From assembly GCA_964016885.1 (NCBI GenBank), contig OZ024741.1, positions 100,316,001 through 100,380,000 of the forward strand: 64,000 nucleotides of DNA, written 5' to 3'. Below, one piece after another: positions 1-13,100 of the stretch. Origin of the DNA: Eledone cirrhosa (lineage: Eukaryota). The number at the start of each line of letters is the position of its first letter. Position 1 is the stretch's first letter. Position numbers and translations under genes: made by a program. The notes beneath the pieces are model-generated. The model made no database searches. It saw only the letters and a program-made list of their open reading frames with translations, and was not told the origin of the DNA.

Positions 1-3000
1 TTTATCTCCCAGTGTGTTATGTTGTAGTGTTTTACATAGGTGGTGCTTTATGTCCTAGTGTGTTATGTTGTAGTGTTTTACATAGGTGGTTCTTTATGTC
101 CTAGTGTGTTATGTTCTAGTATTTTACATAGGTGGTGCTGTATGCCATAGTGTGTTATGTTCTAGTATTTTACATAGGTGGTGCTTTATGTCCTAGTGTG
201 TTATGTTGTAGTATTTTACATAGGTGGTGCTTTATGTCCTAATGTGTTATGTTGTAGTGTTTAACATAGGTGGTGCTTTATGTCCTAGTGTGTTATGTTG
301 TAGTGTTTTACATAGGTGGTGCTTTATGTCCTAGTGTGTTATGTTGTAGTGTTTTTCATAGGTGGTGCTTTATGTCCTAATGTGTTATGTTGTAGTGTTT
401 TACATAGGTGGTGCTTTGTGTCCTAGTGTGTTATGTTGTAGTGTTTACATAGGTGGTGCTTTATGTCCTAGTGTCTTATGTTGTAGTATTTTACATAGGT
501 GGTGCTTTATGTCCTAGTGTGTTATATTGTAGTGTTTACATAGGTGGTGCTTTATGACCTAGTGTGTTATGTTGTAGTATTTTACATAGGTAGTGCTTTA
601 TGTCCTAGTGTGTTATGTTGTAGTATTTTACATAGGTTGTGCTTTATGTCCTAGTGTGTTATGTTGTAGTATTTTACATAGGGGTGCTTTATGTCCTAGT
701 GTGTTATGTTGTAGTGTTTTACATAGGTAGTGCTTTATGTCCTAGTGTGTTATGTTGTAGTGTTTTACATAGGTGGTGCTTTATGTCCTAGTGTGTTATG
801 TTGTAGTGTTTTACATAGGTGCTGCTTTATGTCCTAGTGTGTTAAGTTGTAGTGTTTTAAATAGGTGGTGTTTTATGTCCTAGTGTGTTATGTTGTAGTG
901 TTTTACATAGGTGGTGCTTTATGTCCTAGTGTGTTATTTGTAGTGTTTTACATAGGTGGTGCTTTATGTCCTAGTGTGTTATGTTGTAGTGTTTTACATA
1001 GGTGGTGCTTTATGTCCTAATGTGTTATGTTGTAGTGTTTTACATAGGTGGTGCTTTATGTCCTAGTGTGTTATGTTGTAGTAGTTTACATAGGTTGTGC
1101 TTTATGTCCTAGTGTGTTATGTTGTAATATTTTACATAGGGGGTGCTTTATGTCCTAGTGTGTTATTTTGTAGTGTTTTACATAGGTAGTGCTTTATGTC
1201 CTAGTGTGTTATGTTGTAGTGTTTTACATAGGTGGTGCTTTATGTCCTAGTGTGTTATGTTGTAGTGTTTTTCATAGGTGGTGCTTTATGTCCTAATGTG
1301 TTATGTTGTAGTGTTTTACATAGGTGGTGCTTTATGACCTAGTGTGTTATGTTGTAGTATTTTACATAGGTGGTGTTTTATGTCCTAGTGTGTTATGTTG
1401 TAGTGTTTTACATAGGTGGTGCTTTATCTCCTAGTGTGTTATGTTGTAGTATTTTACATAGGTTGTGCTTTATGTCCTAGTGTGTTATGTTGTAGTATTT
1501 TACATAGGTGGTGCTTTATGTCCTAGTGTGTTATGTTGTAGTGTTTTACATAGGTGCTGCTTTATGTCCTAGTGTGTTAAGTTGTAGTGTTTTAAATAGG
1601 TGGTGTTTTATGTCCTAGTGTGTTATGTTGTAGTGTTTTACATAGGTGGTGCTTTATGTCCTAGTGTGTTATTTGTAGTGTTTTACATAGGTGGTGCTTT
1701 ATGTCCTAGTGTGTTATGTTGTAGTGTTTTTCATAGGTGGTGCTTTATGTCCTAATGTGTTATGTTGTAGTGTTTTACATAGGTGGTGCTTTATGACCTA
1801 GTGTGTTATGTTGTAGTATTTTACATAGGTTGTGCTTTATGTCCTAGTGTGTTATGTTGTAGTATTTTACATAGGGGGTGCTTTATATCCTAGTGTGTTA
1901 TTTTGTAGTGTTTTACATAGGTAGTGCTTTATGTCCTAGTGTGTTATGTTGTAGTGTTTTACATAGGTGGTGCTTTATGTCCTAGTGTGTTATGTTGTAG
2001 TGTTTTACATAGGTGGTGCTTTATGTCCTAGTGTGTTATGTTGTAGTGTTTTACATAGGTGGTGCTTTATGTCCTAATGTGTTATGTTGTAGTGTTTTAC
2101 ATAGGGGGTGCTTTATGTCCTAGTGTGTTATTTTGTAGTGTTTTACATAGGTAGTGCTTTATGTCCTAGTGTGTTATGTTGTAGTGTTTTACATAGGTGG
2201 TGCTTTACGTCCTAGTGTGTTATGTTGTAGTGTTTTTCATAGGTGGTGCTTTATGTCCTAATGTGTTATGTTGTAGTGTTTTACATAGGTGGTGCTTTAT
2301 GACCTAGTGTGTTATGTTGTAGTATTTTACACAGGTGGTGTTTTATGTCCTAGTGTGTCATGTTGTAGTGTTTTACATAGGTGGTGCTTTATGTCCTAGT
2401 GTGTTATGTTGTAGTGTTTTACATAGGTGGTGCTTTATGTCCTAATGTGTTATGTTGTAGTGTTTTACATAGATGGTGCTTTATCTCCTAGTGTGTTATG
2501 TTGTAGTATTTTACATAGGTTGTGCTTTATGTCCTAGTGTGTTATGTTGTAGTATTTTACATAGGGGGTGCTTTATATCCTAGTGTGTTATTTTGTAGTG
2601 TTTTACATAGGTAGTGCTTTATGTCCTAGTGTGTTATGTTGTAGTGTTTTACATAGGTGGTGCTTTATGTCCTAGTGTGTTATGTTGTAGTGTTTTACAT
2701 AGGTGGTGCTTTATGTCCTAGTGTGTTATGTTGTAGTGTTTTACATAGGTGGTGCTTTATGTCCTAATGTGTTATGTTGTAGTGTTTTACATAGGGGGTG
2801 CTTTATGTCCTAGTGTGTTATTTTGTAGTGTTTTACATAGGTAGTGCTTTATGTCCTAGTGTGTTATGTTGTAGTGTTTTACATAGGTGGTGCTTTATGT
2901 CCTAGTGTGTTATGTTGTAGTGTTTTTCATAGGTGGTGCTTTATGTCCTAATGTGTTATGTAGTGTTTTACATAGGTGGTGCTTCATGACCTAGTGTGTT

Positions 3001-6000
3001 ATGTTGTAGTATTTTACATAGGTGGTGTTTTATGTCCTAGTGTGTTATGTTGTAGTGTTTTACATAGGTGGTGCTTTATGTCCTAGTGTGTTATGTTGTA
3101 GTCTTTTACATAGGTGGTGCTTTATGTCCTAATGTGTTATGTTGTAGTGTTTTACATAGATGGTGCTTTATCTCCTAGTGTGTTATGTTGTAGTATTTTA
3201 CATAGGTTGTGCTTCATGTCCTAGTGTGTTATGTTGTAGTATTTTACATAGGGGGTGCTTTATATCCTAGTGTGTTATTTTGTAGTGTTTTACATAGGTA
3301 GTGCTTTATGTCCTAGTGTGTTATGTTGTAGTGTTTTACATAGGTGGTGCTTTATGTCCTAGTGTGTTATGTTGTAGTGTTTTACATAGGTGGTGCTTTA
3401 TGTCCTAGTGTGTTATGTTGTAGTGTTTTACATAGGTGGTTCTTTATGTCCTAGTGTGTTATGTTGTAGTATTTTACATAGGTGGTGCTTTATGTCTTAG
3501 TGTGTTATGTTGTATTGTTTTATATAGGTGGTGCTTTATGTCCTAGTGTGTTATGTTGTAGTATCTTACATAGGTGGTGCTTAATGTCCTAGTGTGTTAT
3601 ATTGTAGTATTTTACATAGGTTGTGCTTTATCTCCCAGTGTGTTATGTTGTAGTGTTTTACATAGGTGGTGCTTTATGTCCTAGTGTGTTATGTTGTAGC
3701 GTTTTACATAGGTGGTTCTTTATGTCCTAGTGTGTTATGTTCTAGTATTTTACATAGGTGGTGCTGTATGCCCTAGTGTGTTATGTTCTAGTATTTTACA
3801 TAGGTGGTGCTTTATGTCCTAGTGTGTTATGTTGTAGTATTTTACATAGGTGGTGCTTTATGTCCTAATGTGTTATGTTGTAGTGTTTAACATAGGTGGT
3901 GCTTTATGTCCTAGTGTGTTATGTTGTAGTGTTTTACATAGGTGGTGCTTTATGTCCTAATGTGTTATGTTGTAGTGTTTTACATAGGGGGTGCTTTATG
4001 TCCTAGTGTGTTATTTTGTAGTGTTTTACATAGGTAGTGCTTTATGTCCTAGTGTGTTATGTTGTAGTGTTTTAAATAGGTGGTGTTTTATGTCCTAGTG
4101 TGTTATGTTGTAGTGTTTTACATAGGTGGTGCTTTATGTCCTAGTGTGTTATGTTGTAGTGTTTTACATAGGTGGTGCTTTATGTCCTAGTGTGTTATGT
4201 TGTAGTGTTTTACATAGGTGGTGCTTTATGTCCTAATGTGTTATGTTGTAGTGTTTTACATAGGGGGTGCTTTATGTCCTAGTGTGTTATTTTGTAGTGT
4301 TTTACATAGGTAGTGCTTTATGTCCTAGTGTGTTATGTTGTAGTGTTTTACATAGGTGGTGCTTTATGTCCTAGTGTGTTATGTTGTAGTGTTTTTCATA
4401 GGTGGTGCTTTATGTCCTAATGTGTTATGTAGTGTTTTACATAGGTGGTGCTTCATGACCTAGTGTGTTATGTTGTAGTATTTTACATAGGTGGTGTTTT
4501 ATGTCCTAGTGAGTTATGTTGTAGTGTTTTACATAGGTGGTGCTTTATGTCCTAGTGTGTTATGTTGTAGTCTTTTACATAGGTGGTGCTTTATGTCCTA
4601 ATGTGTTATGTTGTAGTGTTTTACATAGATGGTGCTTTATCTCCTAGTGTGTTATGTTGTAGTATTTTACATAGGTTGTGCTTCATGTCCTAGTGTGTTA
4701 TGTTGTAGTATTTTACATAGGGGGTGCTTTATATCCTAGTGTGTTATTTTGTAGTGTTTTACATAGGTAGTGCTTTATGTCCTAGTGTGTTATGTTGTAG
4801 TGTTTTACATAGGTGGTGCTTTATGTCCTAGTGTGTTATGTTGTAGTGTTTTACATAGGTGGTGCTTTATGTCCTAGTGTGTTATGTTGTAGTGTTTTAC
4901 ATAGGTGGTTCTTTATGTCCTAGTGTGTTATGTTGTAGTATTTTACATAGGTGGTGCTTTATGTCTTAGTGTGTTATGTTGTAGTGTTTTATATAGGTGG
5001 TGCGTTATGTCCTAGTGTGTTATGTTGTAGTATCTTACATAGGTGGTGCTTAATGTCCTAGTGTGTTATATTGTAGTATTTTACATAGGTTGTGCTTTAT
5101 CTCCCAGTGTGTTATGTTGTAGTGTTTTACATAGGTGGTGCTTTATGTCCTAGTGTGTTATGTTGTAGTGTTTTACATAGGTGGTTCTTTATGTCCTAGT
5201 GTGTTATGTTCTAGTATTTTACATAGGTGGTGCTGTATGCCATAGTGTGTTATGTTCTAGTATTTTACATAGGTGGTGCTTTATGTCCTAGTGTGTTATG
5301 TTGTAGTATTTTACATAGGTGGTGCTTTATGTCCTAATGTGTTATGTTGTAGTGTTTAACATAGGTGGTGCTTTATGTCCTAGTGTGTTATGTTGTAGTG
5401 TTTTACATAGGTGGTGCTTTATGTCCTAGTGTGTTATGTTGTAGTGTTTTTCATAGGTGGTGCTTTATGTCCTAATGTGTTATGTTGTAGTGTTTTACAT
5501 AGGTGGTGCTTTGTGTCCTAGTGTGTTATGTTGTAGTGTTTACATAGGTGGTGCTTTATGTCCTAGTGTGTTATGTTGTAGTATTTTACATAGGTGGTGC
5601 TTTATGTCCTAGTGTGTTATATTGTAGTGTTTACATAGGTGGTGCTTTATGACCTAGTGTGTTATGTTGTAGTATTTTACATAGGTAGTGCTTTATGTCC
5701 TAGTGTGTTATGTTGTAGTATTTTACATAGGTTGTGCTTTATGTCCTAGTGTGTTATGTTGTAGTATTTTACATAGGGGTGCTTTATGTCCTAGTGTGTT
5801 ATGTTGTAGTGTTTTACATAGGTAGTGCTTTATGTCCTAGTGTGTTATGTTGTAGTGTTTTACATAGGTGGTGCTTTATGTCCTAGTGTGTTATGTTGTA
5901 GTGTTTTACATAGGTGCTGCTTTATGTCCTAGTGTGTTAAGTTGTAGTGTTTTAAATAGGTGGTGTTTTATGTCCTAGTGTGTTATGTTGTAGTGTTTTA

Positions 6001-9000
6001 CATAGGTGGTGCTTTATGTCCTAGTGTGTTATTTGTAGTGTTTTACATAGGTGGTGCTTTATGTCCTAGTGTGTTATGTTGTAGTGTTTTACATAGGTGG
6101 TGCTTTATGTCCTAATGTGTTATGTTGTAGTGTTTTACATAGGTGGTGCTTTATGTCCTAGTGTGTTATGTTGTAGTAGTTTACATAGGTTGTGCTTTAT
6201 GTCCTAGTGTGTTATGTTGTAATATTTTACATAGGGGGTGCTTTATGTCCTAGTGTGTTATTTTGTAGTGTTTTACATAGGTAGTGCTTTATGTCCTAGT
6301 GTGTTATGTTGTAGTGTTTTACATAGGTGGTGCTTTATGTCCTAGTGTGTTATGTTGTAGTGTTTTTCATAGGTGGTGCTTTATGTCCTAATGTGTTATG
6401 TTGTAGTGTTTTACATAGGTGGTGCTTTATGACCTAGTGTGTTATGTTGTAGTATTTTACATAGGTGGTGTTTTATGTCCTAGTGTGTTATGTTGTAGTG
6501 TTTTACATAGGTGGTGCTTTATCTCCTAGTGTGTTATGTTGTAGTATTTTACATAGGTTGTGCTTTATGTCCTAGTGTGTTATGTTGTAGTATTTTACAT
6601 AGGTGGTGCTTTATGTCCTAGTGTGTTATGTTGTAGTGTTTTACATAGGTGCTGCTTTATGTCCTAGTGTGTTAAGTTGTAGTGTTTTAAATAGGTGGTG
6701 TTTTATGTCCTAGTGTGTTATGTTGTAGTGTTTTACATAGGTGGTGCTTTATGTCCTAGTGTGTTATTTGTAGTGTTTTACATAGGTGGTGCTTTATGTC
6801 CTAGTGTGTTATGTTGTAGTGTTTTTCATAGGTGGTGCTTTATGTCCTAATGTGTTATGTTGTAGTGTTTTACATAGGTGGTGCTTTATGACCTAGTGTG
6901 TTATGTTGTAGTATTTTACATAGGTTGTGCTTTATGTCCTAGTGTGTTATGTTGTAGTATTTTACATAGGGGGTGCTTTATATCCTAGTGTGTTATTTTG
7001 TAGTGTTTTACATAGGTAGTGCTTTATGTCCTAGTGTGTTATGTTGTAGTGTTTTACATAGGTGGTGCTTTATGTCCTAGTGTGTTATGTTGTAGTGTTT
7101 TACATAGGTGGTGCTTTATGTCCTAGTGTGTTATGTTGTAGTGTTTTACATAGGTGGTGCTTTATGTCCTAATGTGTTATGTTGTAGTGTTTTACATAGG
7201 GGGTGCTTTATGTCCTAGTGTGTTATTTTGTAGTGTTTTACATAGGTAGTGCTTTATGTCCTAGTGTGTTATGTTGTAGTGTTTTACATAGGTGGTGCTT
7301 TACGTCCTAGTGTGTTATGTTGTAGTGTTTTTCATAGGTGGTGCTTTATGTCCTAATGTGTTATGTTGTAGTGTTTTACATAGGTGGTGCTTTATGACCT
7401 AGTGTGTTATGTTGTAGTATTTTACACAGGTGGTGTTTTATGTCCTAGTGTGTTATGTTGTAGTGTTTTACATAGGTGGTGCTTTATGTCCTAGTGTGTT
7501 ATGTTGTAGTGTTTTACATAGGTGGTGCTTTATGTCCTAATGTGTTATGTTGTAGTGTTTTACATAGATGGTGCTTTATCTCCTAGTGTGTTATGTTGTA
7601 GTATTTTACATAGGTTGTGCTTTATGTCCTAGTGTGTTATGTTGTAGTATTTTACATAGGGGGTGCTTTATATCCTAGTGTGTTATTTTGTAGTGTTTTA
7701 CATAGGTAGTGCTTTATGTCCTAGTGTGTTATGTTGTAGTGTTTTACATAGGTGGTGCTTTATGTCCTAGTGTGTTATGTTGTAGTGTTTTACATAGGTG
7801 GTGCTTTATGTCCTAGTGTGTTATGTTGTAGTGTTTTACATAGGTGGTGCTTTATGTCCTAATGTGTTATGTTGTAGTGTTTTACATAGGGGGTGCTTTA
7901 TGTCCTAGTGTGTTATTTTGTAGTGTTTTACATAGGTAGTGCTTTATGTCCTAGTGTGTTATGTTGTAGTGTTTTACATAGGTGGTGCTTTATGTCCTAG
8001 TGTGTTATGTTGTAGTGTTTTTCATAGGTGGTGCTTTATGTCCTAATGTGTTATGTAGTGTTTTACATAGGTGGTGCTTCATGACCTAGTGTGTTATGTT
8101 GTAGTATTTTACATAGGTGGTGTTTTATGTCCTAGTGTGTTATGTTGTAGTGTTTTACATAGGTGGTGCTTTATGTCCTAGTGTGTTATGTTGTAGTCTT
8201 TTACATAGGTGGTGCTTTATGTCCTAATGTGTTATGTTGTAGTGTTTTACATAGATGGTGCTTTATCTCCTAGTGTGTTATGTTGTAGTATTTTACATAG
8301 GTTGTGCTTCATGTCCTAGTGTGTTATGTTGTAGTATTTTACATAGGGGGTGCTTTATATCCTAGTGTGTTATTTTGTAGTGTTTTACATAGGTAGTGCT
8401 TTATGTCCTAGTGTGTTATGTTGTAGTGTTTTACATAGGTGGTGCTTTATGTCCTAGTGTGTTATGTTGTAGTGTTTTACATAGGTGGTGCTTTATGTCC
8501 TAGTGTGTTATGTTGTAGTGTTTTACATAGGTGGTTCTTTATGTCCTAGTGTGTTATGTTGTAGTATTTTACATAGGTGGTGCTTTATGTCTTAGTGTGT
8601 TATGTTGTATTGTTTTATATAGGTGGTGCTTTATGTCCTAGTGTGTTATGTTGTAGTATCTTACATAGGTGGTGCTTAATGTCCTAGTGTGTTATATTGT
8701 AGTATTTTACATAGGTTGTGCTTTATCTCCCAGTGTGTTATGTTGTAGTGTTTTACATAGGTGGTGCTTTATGTCCTAGTGTGTTATGTTGTAGCGTTTT
8801 ACATAGGTGGTTCTTTATGTCCTAGTGTGTTATGTTCTAGTATTTTACATAGGTGGTGCTGTATGCCCTAGTGTGTTATGTTCTAGTATTTTACATAGGT
8901 GGTGCTTTATGTCCTAGTGTGTTATGTTGTAGTATTTTACATAGGTGGTGCTTTATGTCCTAATGTGTTATGTTGTAGTGTTTAACATAGGTGGTGCTTT

Positions 9001-9054
9001 ATGTCCTAGTGTGTTATGTTGTAGTGTTTTACATAGGTGGTGCTTTATGTCCTA
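1..9054. repeat. Near-identical duplication at 5095-bp offset (111 monomers minus 11 bp): 1..~3959 matches 5096..~9054
   Basis: Rare markers pair at exactly +5095: gcCATAG 146/5241, ACGT 2207/7302, ACAGG 2331/7426, 3-bp deletion 2961/8056, TGTATTG 3511/8606, gtagC 3700/8795. Confidence 0.93.
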
Positions 9055-10130
9055 GTGTGTTATGTTGTAGTGTTTTTCATAGGTGGTGCTTTATGTCCTA
9101 ATGTGTTATGTTGTAGTGTTTTACATAGGTGGTGCTTTGTGTCCTAGTGTGTTATGTTGTAGTGTTTACATAGGTGGTGCTTTATGTCCTAGTGTGTTAT
9201 GTTGTAGTATTTTACATAGGTGGTGCTTTATGTCCTAGTGTGTTATATTGTAGTGTTTACATAGGTGGTGCTTTATGACCTAGTGTGTTATGTTGTAGTA
9301 TTTTACATAGGTGGTGCTTTATGTACTAGTGTGTTATGTTGTAGTATTTTACATAGGTGGTGCTTTATGTCATAGTGTGTTATGTTGTAGTGTTTTATAT
9401 AGGTGGTGCTTTATGTCCTAGTGTGTTATGTTGTAGTATCTTACATAGGTGGTGCTTAATGTCCTAGTGTGTTATATTGTAGTATTTTACATAGGTTGTG
9501 CTTTATCTCCCAGTGTGTTATGTTGTAGTGTTTTACATAGGTGGTGCTTTATGTCCTAGTGTGTTATGTTGTAGTGTTTTACATAGGTGGTTCTTTATGT
9601 CCTAGTGTGTTATGTTCTAGTATTTTACATAGGTGGTGCTGTATGCCCTAGTGTGTTATGTTCTAGTATTTTACATAGGTGGTGCTTTATGTCCTAGTGT
9701 GTTATGTTGTAGTATTTTACATAGGTGGTGCTTTATGTCCTAATGTGTTATGTTGTAGTGTTTAACATAGGTGGTGCTTTATGTCCTAGTGTGTTATGTT
9801 GTAGTGTTTTACATAGGTGGTGCTTTATGTCCTAGTGTGTTATGTTGTAGTGTTTTTCATAGGTGGTGCTTTATGTCCTAATGTGTTATGTTGTAGTGTT
9901 TTACATAGGTGGTGCTTTGTGTCCTAGTGTGTTATGTTGTAGTGTTTACATAGGTGGTGCTTTATGTCCTAGTGTGTTATGTTGTAGTATTTTACATAGG
10001 TGGTGCTTTATGTCCTAGTGTGTTATATTGTAGTGTTTACATAGGTGGTGCTTTATGACCTAGTGTGTTATGTTGTAGTATTTTACATAGGTGGTGCTTT
10101 ATGTCCTAGTGTGTTATGTTGTAGTATTTT
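8611..10130. repeat. Tandem duplication of a 780-bp unit (17 monomers)
   Basis: The lines starting 8701 and 9481 are identical (CTCCC marker at 8727/9507), and the same variant order continues with few differences. Confidence 0.8.
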
Positions 10131-13100
10131 ACATAGGTTGTGCTTTATGTCCTAGTGTGTTATGTTGTAGTATTTTACATAGGGGTGCTTTATGTCCTAG
10201 TGTGTTATTTTGTAGTGTTTTACATAGGTAGTGCTTTATGTCCTAGTGTGTTATGTTGTAGTGTTTTACATAGGTGGTGCTTTATGTCCTAGTGTGTTAT
10301 GTTGTAGTGTTTTACATAGGTGCTGCTTTATGTCCTAGTGTGTTAAGTTGTAGTGTTTTAAATAGGTGGTGTTTTATGTCCTAGTGTGTTATGTTGTAGT
10401 GTTTTACATAGGTGGTGCTTTATGTCCTAGTGTGTTATGTTGTAGTGTTTTACATAGGTGGTGCTTTATGTCCTAGTGTGTTATGTTGTAGTGTTTTACA
10501 TAGGTGGTGCTTTATGTCCTAATGTGTTATGTTGTAGTGTTTTACATAGGTGGTGCTTTATGTCCTAGTGTGTTATGTTGTAGTAGTTTACATAGGTTGT
10601 GCTTTATGTCCTAGTGTGTTATGTTGTAATATTTTACATAGGGGGTGCTTTATGTCCTAGTGTGTTATTTTGTAGTGTTTTACATAGGTAGTGCTTTATG
10701 TCCTAGTGTGTTATGTTGTAGTGTTTTACATAGGTGGTGCTTTATGTCCTAGTGTGTTATGTTGTAGTGTTTTTCATAGGTGGTGCTTTATGTCCTAATG
10801 TGTTATGTTGTAGTGTTTTACATAGGTGGTGCTTTATGACCTAGTGTGTTATGTTGTAGTATTTTACATAGGTGGTGTTTTATGTCCTAGTGTGTTATGT
10901 TGTAGTGTTTTACATAGGTGGTGCTTTATGTCCTAGTGTGTTATGTTGTAGTGTTTTACATAGGTGGTGCTTTATGTCCTAATGTGTTATGTTGTAGTGT
11001 TTTACATAGATGGTGCTTTATCTCCTAGTGTGTTATGTTGTAGTATTTTACATAGGTTGTGCTTTATGTCCTAGTGTGTTATGTTGTAGTATTTTACATA
11101 GGGGGTGCTTTATATCCTAGTGTGTTATTTTGTAGTGTTTTACATAGGTAGTGCTTTATGTCCTAGTGTGTTATGTTGTAGTGTTTTACATAGGTGGTGC
11201 TTTATGTCCTAGTGTGTTATGTTGTAGTGTTTTACATAGGTGGTGCTTTATGTCCTAATGTGTTATGTTGTAGTGTTTTACATAGGTGGTTCTTTATGTC
11301 CTAGTGTGTTATGTTGTAGTATTTTACATAGGTGGTGCTTTATGTCTTAGTGTGTTATGTTGTAGTGTTTTATATAGGTGGTGCTTTATGTCCTAGTGTG
11401 TTATGTTGTAGTGTTTTACATAGGTAGTGCTTTATGTCCTAGTGTGTTATGTTGTAGTATCTTACATAGGTGGTGCTTAATGTCCTAGTGTGTAATATTG
11501 TAGTATTTTACATAGGTTGTGCTTTATCTCCCAGTGTGTTATGTTGTAGTGTTTTACATAGGTGGTGCTTTATGTCCTAGTGTGTTATGTTGTAGTGTTT
11601 TACATAGGTGGTGCTTTATGTCCTAGTGTGTTATGTTCTAGTATTTTACATAGGTGGTGCTGTATGCCCTAGTGTGTTATGTTCTAGTATTTTACATAGG
11701 TGGTGCTTTATGTCCTAGTGTGTTATGTTGTAGTATTTTACATAGGTGGTGCTTTATGTCCTAATGTGTTATGTTGTAGTGTTTAACATAGGTGGTGCTT
11801 TATGTCCTAGTGTGTTATGTTGTAGTGTTTTACATAGGTGGTGCTTTATGTCCTAGTGTGTTATGTTGTAGTGTTTTTCATAGGTGGTGCTTTATGTCCT
11901 AATGTGTTATGTTGTAGTGTTTTACATAGGTGGTGCTTCATGACCTAGTGTGTTATGTTGTAGTATTTTACATAGGTGGTGTTTTATGTCCTAGTGTGTT
12001 ATGTTGTAGTGTTTTACATAGGTGGTGCTTTATGTCCTAGTGTGTTATGTTGTAGTCTTTTACATAGGTGGTGCTTTATGTCCTAATGTGTTATGTTGTA
12101 GTGTTTTACATAGATGGTGCTTTATCTCCTAGTGTGTTATGTTGTAGTATTTTACATAGGTTGTGCTTCATGTCCTAGTGTGTTATGTTGTAGTATTTTA
12201 CATAGGGGGTGCTTTATATCCTAGTGTGTTATTTTGTAGTGTTTTACATAGGTAGTGCTTTATGTCCTAGTGTGTTATGTTGTAGTGTTTTACATAGGTG
12301 GTGCTTTATGTCCTAGTGTGTTATGTTGTAGTGTTTTACATAGGTGGTGCTTTATGTCCTAGTGTGTTATGTTGTAGTGTTTTACATAGGTGGTTCTTTA
12401 TGTCCTAGTGTGTTATGTTGTAGTATTTTACATAGGTGGTGCTTTATGTCTTAGTGTGTTATGTTGTAGTGTTTTATATAGGTGGTGCTTTATGTCCTAG
12501 TGTGTTATGTTGTAGTATCTTACATAGGTGGTGCTTAATGTCCTAGTGTGTTATATTGTAGTATTTTACATAGGTTGTGCTTTATCTCCCAGTGTGTTAT
12601 GTTGTAGTGTTTTACATAGGTGGTGCTTTATGTCCTAGTGTGTTATGTTGTAGTGTTTTACATAGGTGGTTCTTTATGTCCTAGTGTGTTATGTTCTAGT
12701 ATTTTACATAGGTGGTGCTGTATGCCCTAGTGTGTTATGTTCTAGTATTTTACATAGGTGGTGCTTTATGTCCTAGTGTGTTATGTTGTAGTATTTTACA
12801 TATGTGGTGCTTTATGTCCTAATGTGTTATGTTGTAGTGTTTAACATAGGTGGTGCTTTATGTCCTAGTGTGTTATGTTGTAGTGTTTTACATAGGTGGT
12901 GCTTTATGTCCTAGTGTGTTATGTTGTAGTGTTTTTCATAGGTGGTGCTTTATGTCCTAATGTGTTATGTTGTAGTGTTTTACATAGGTGGTGCTTTGTG
13001 TCCTAGTGTGTTATGTTGTAGTGTTTACATAGGTGGTGCTTTATGTCCTAGTGTGTTATGTTGTAGTATTTTACATAGGTGGTGCTTTATGTCCTAGTGT

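Noticed and set aside
28-42. TTTTACATAG|GT resembling a splice acceptor, and GGTGG resembling a Chi site or G-quadruplex tract
   Set aside because: There is no exon context. GCTGGTGG was not seen. Only two GG runs occur per 46 bp, too sparse for a credible G4.
38-58. AGGTGG-N6-ATG TCC TAG resembling a Shine-Dalgarno site plus a Met-Ser mini-ORF in each monomer
   Set aside because: It is a short chance motif with a two-codon ORF, and nothing indicates prokaryotic origin or translation.
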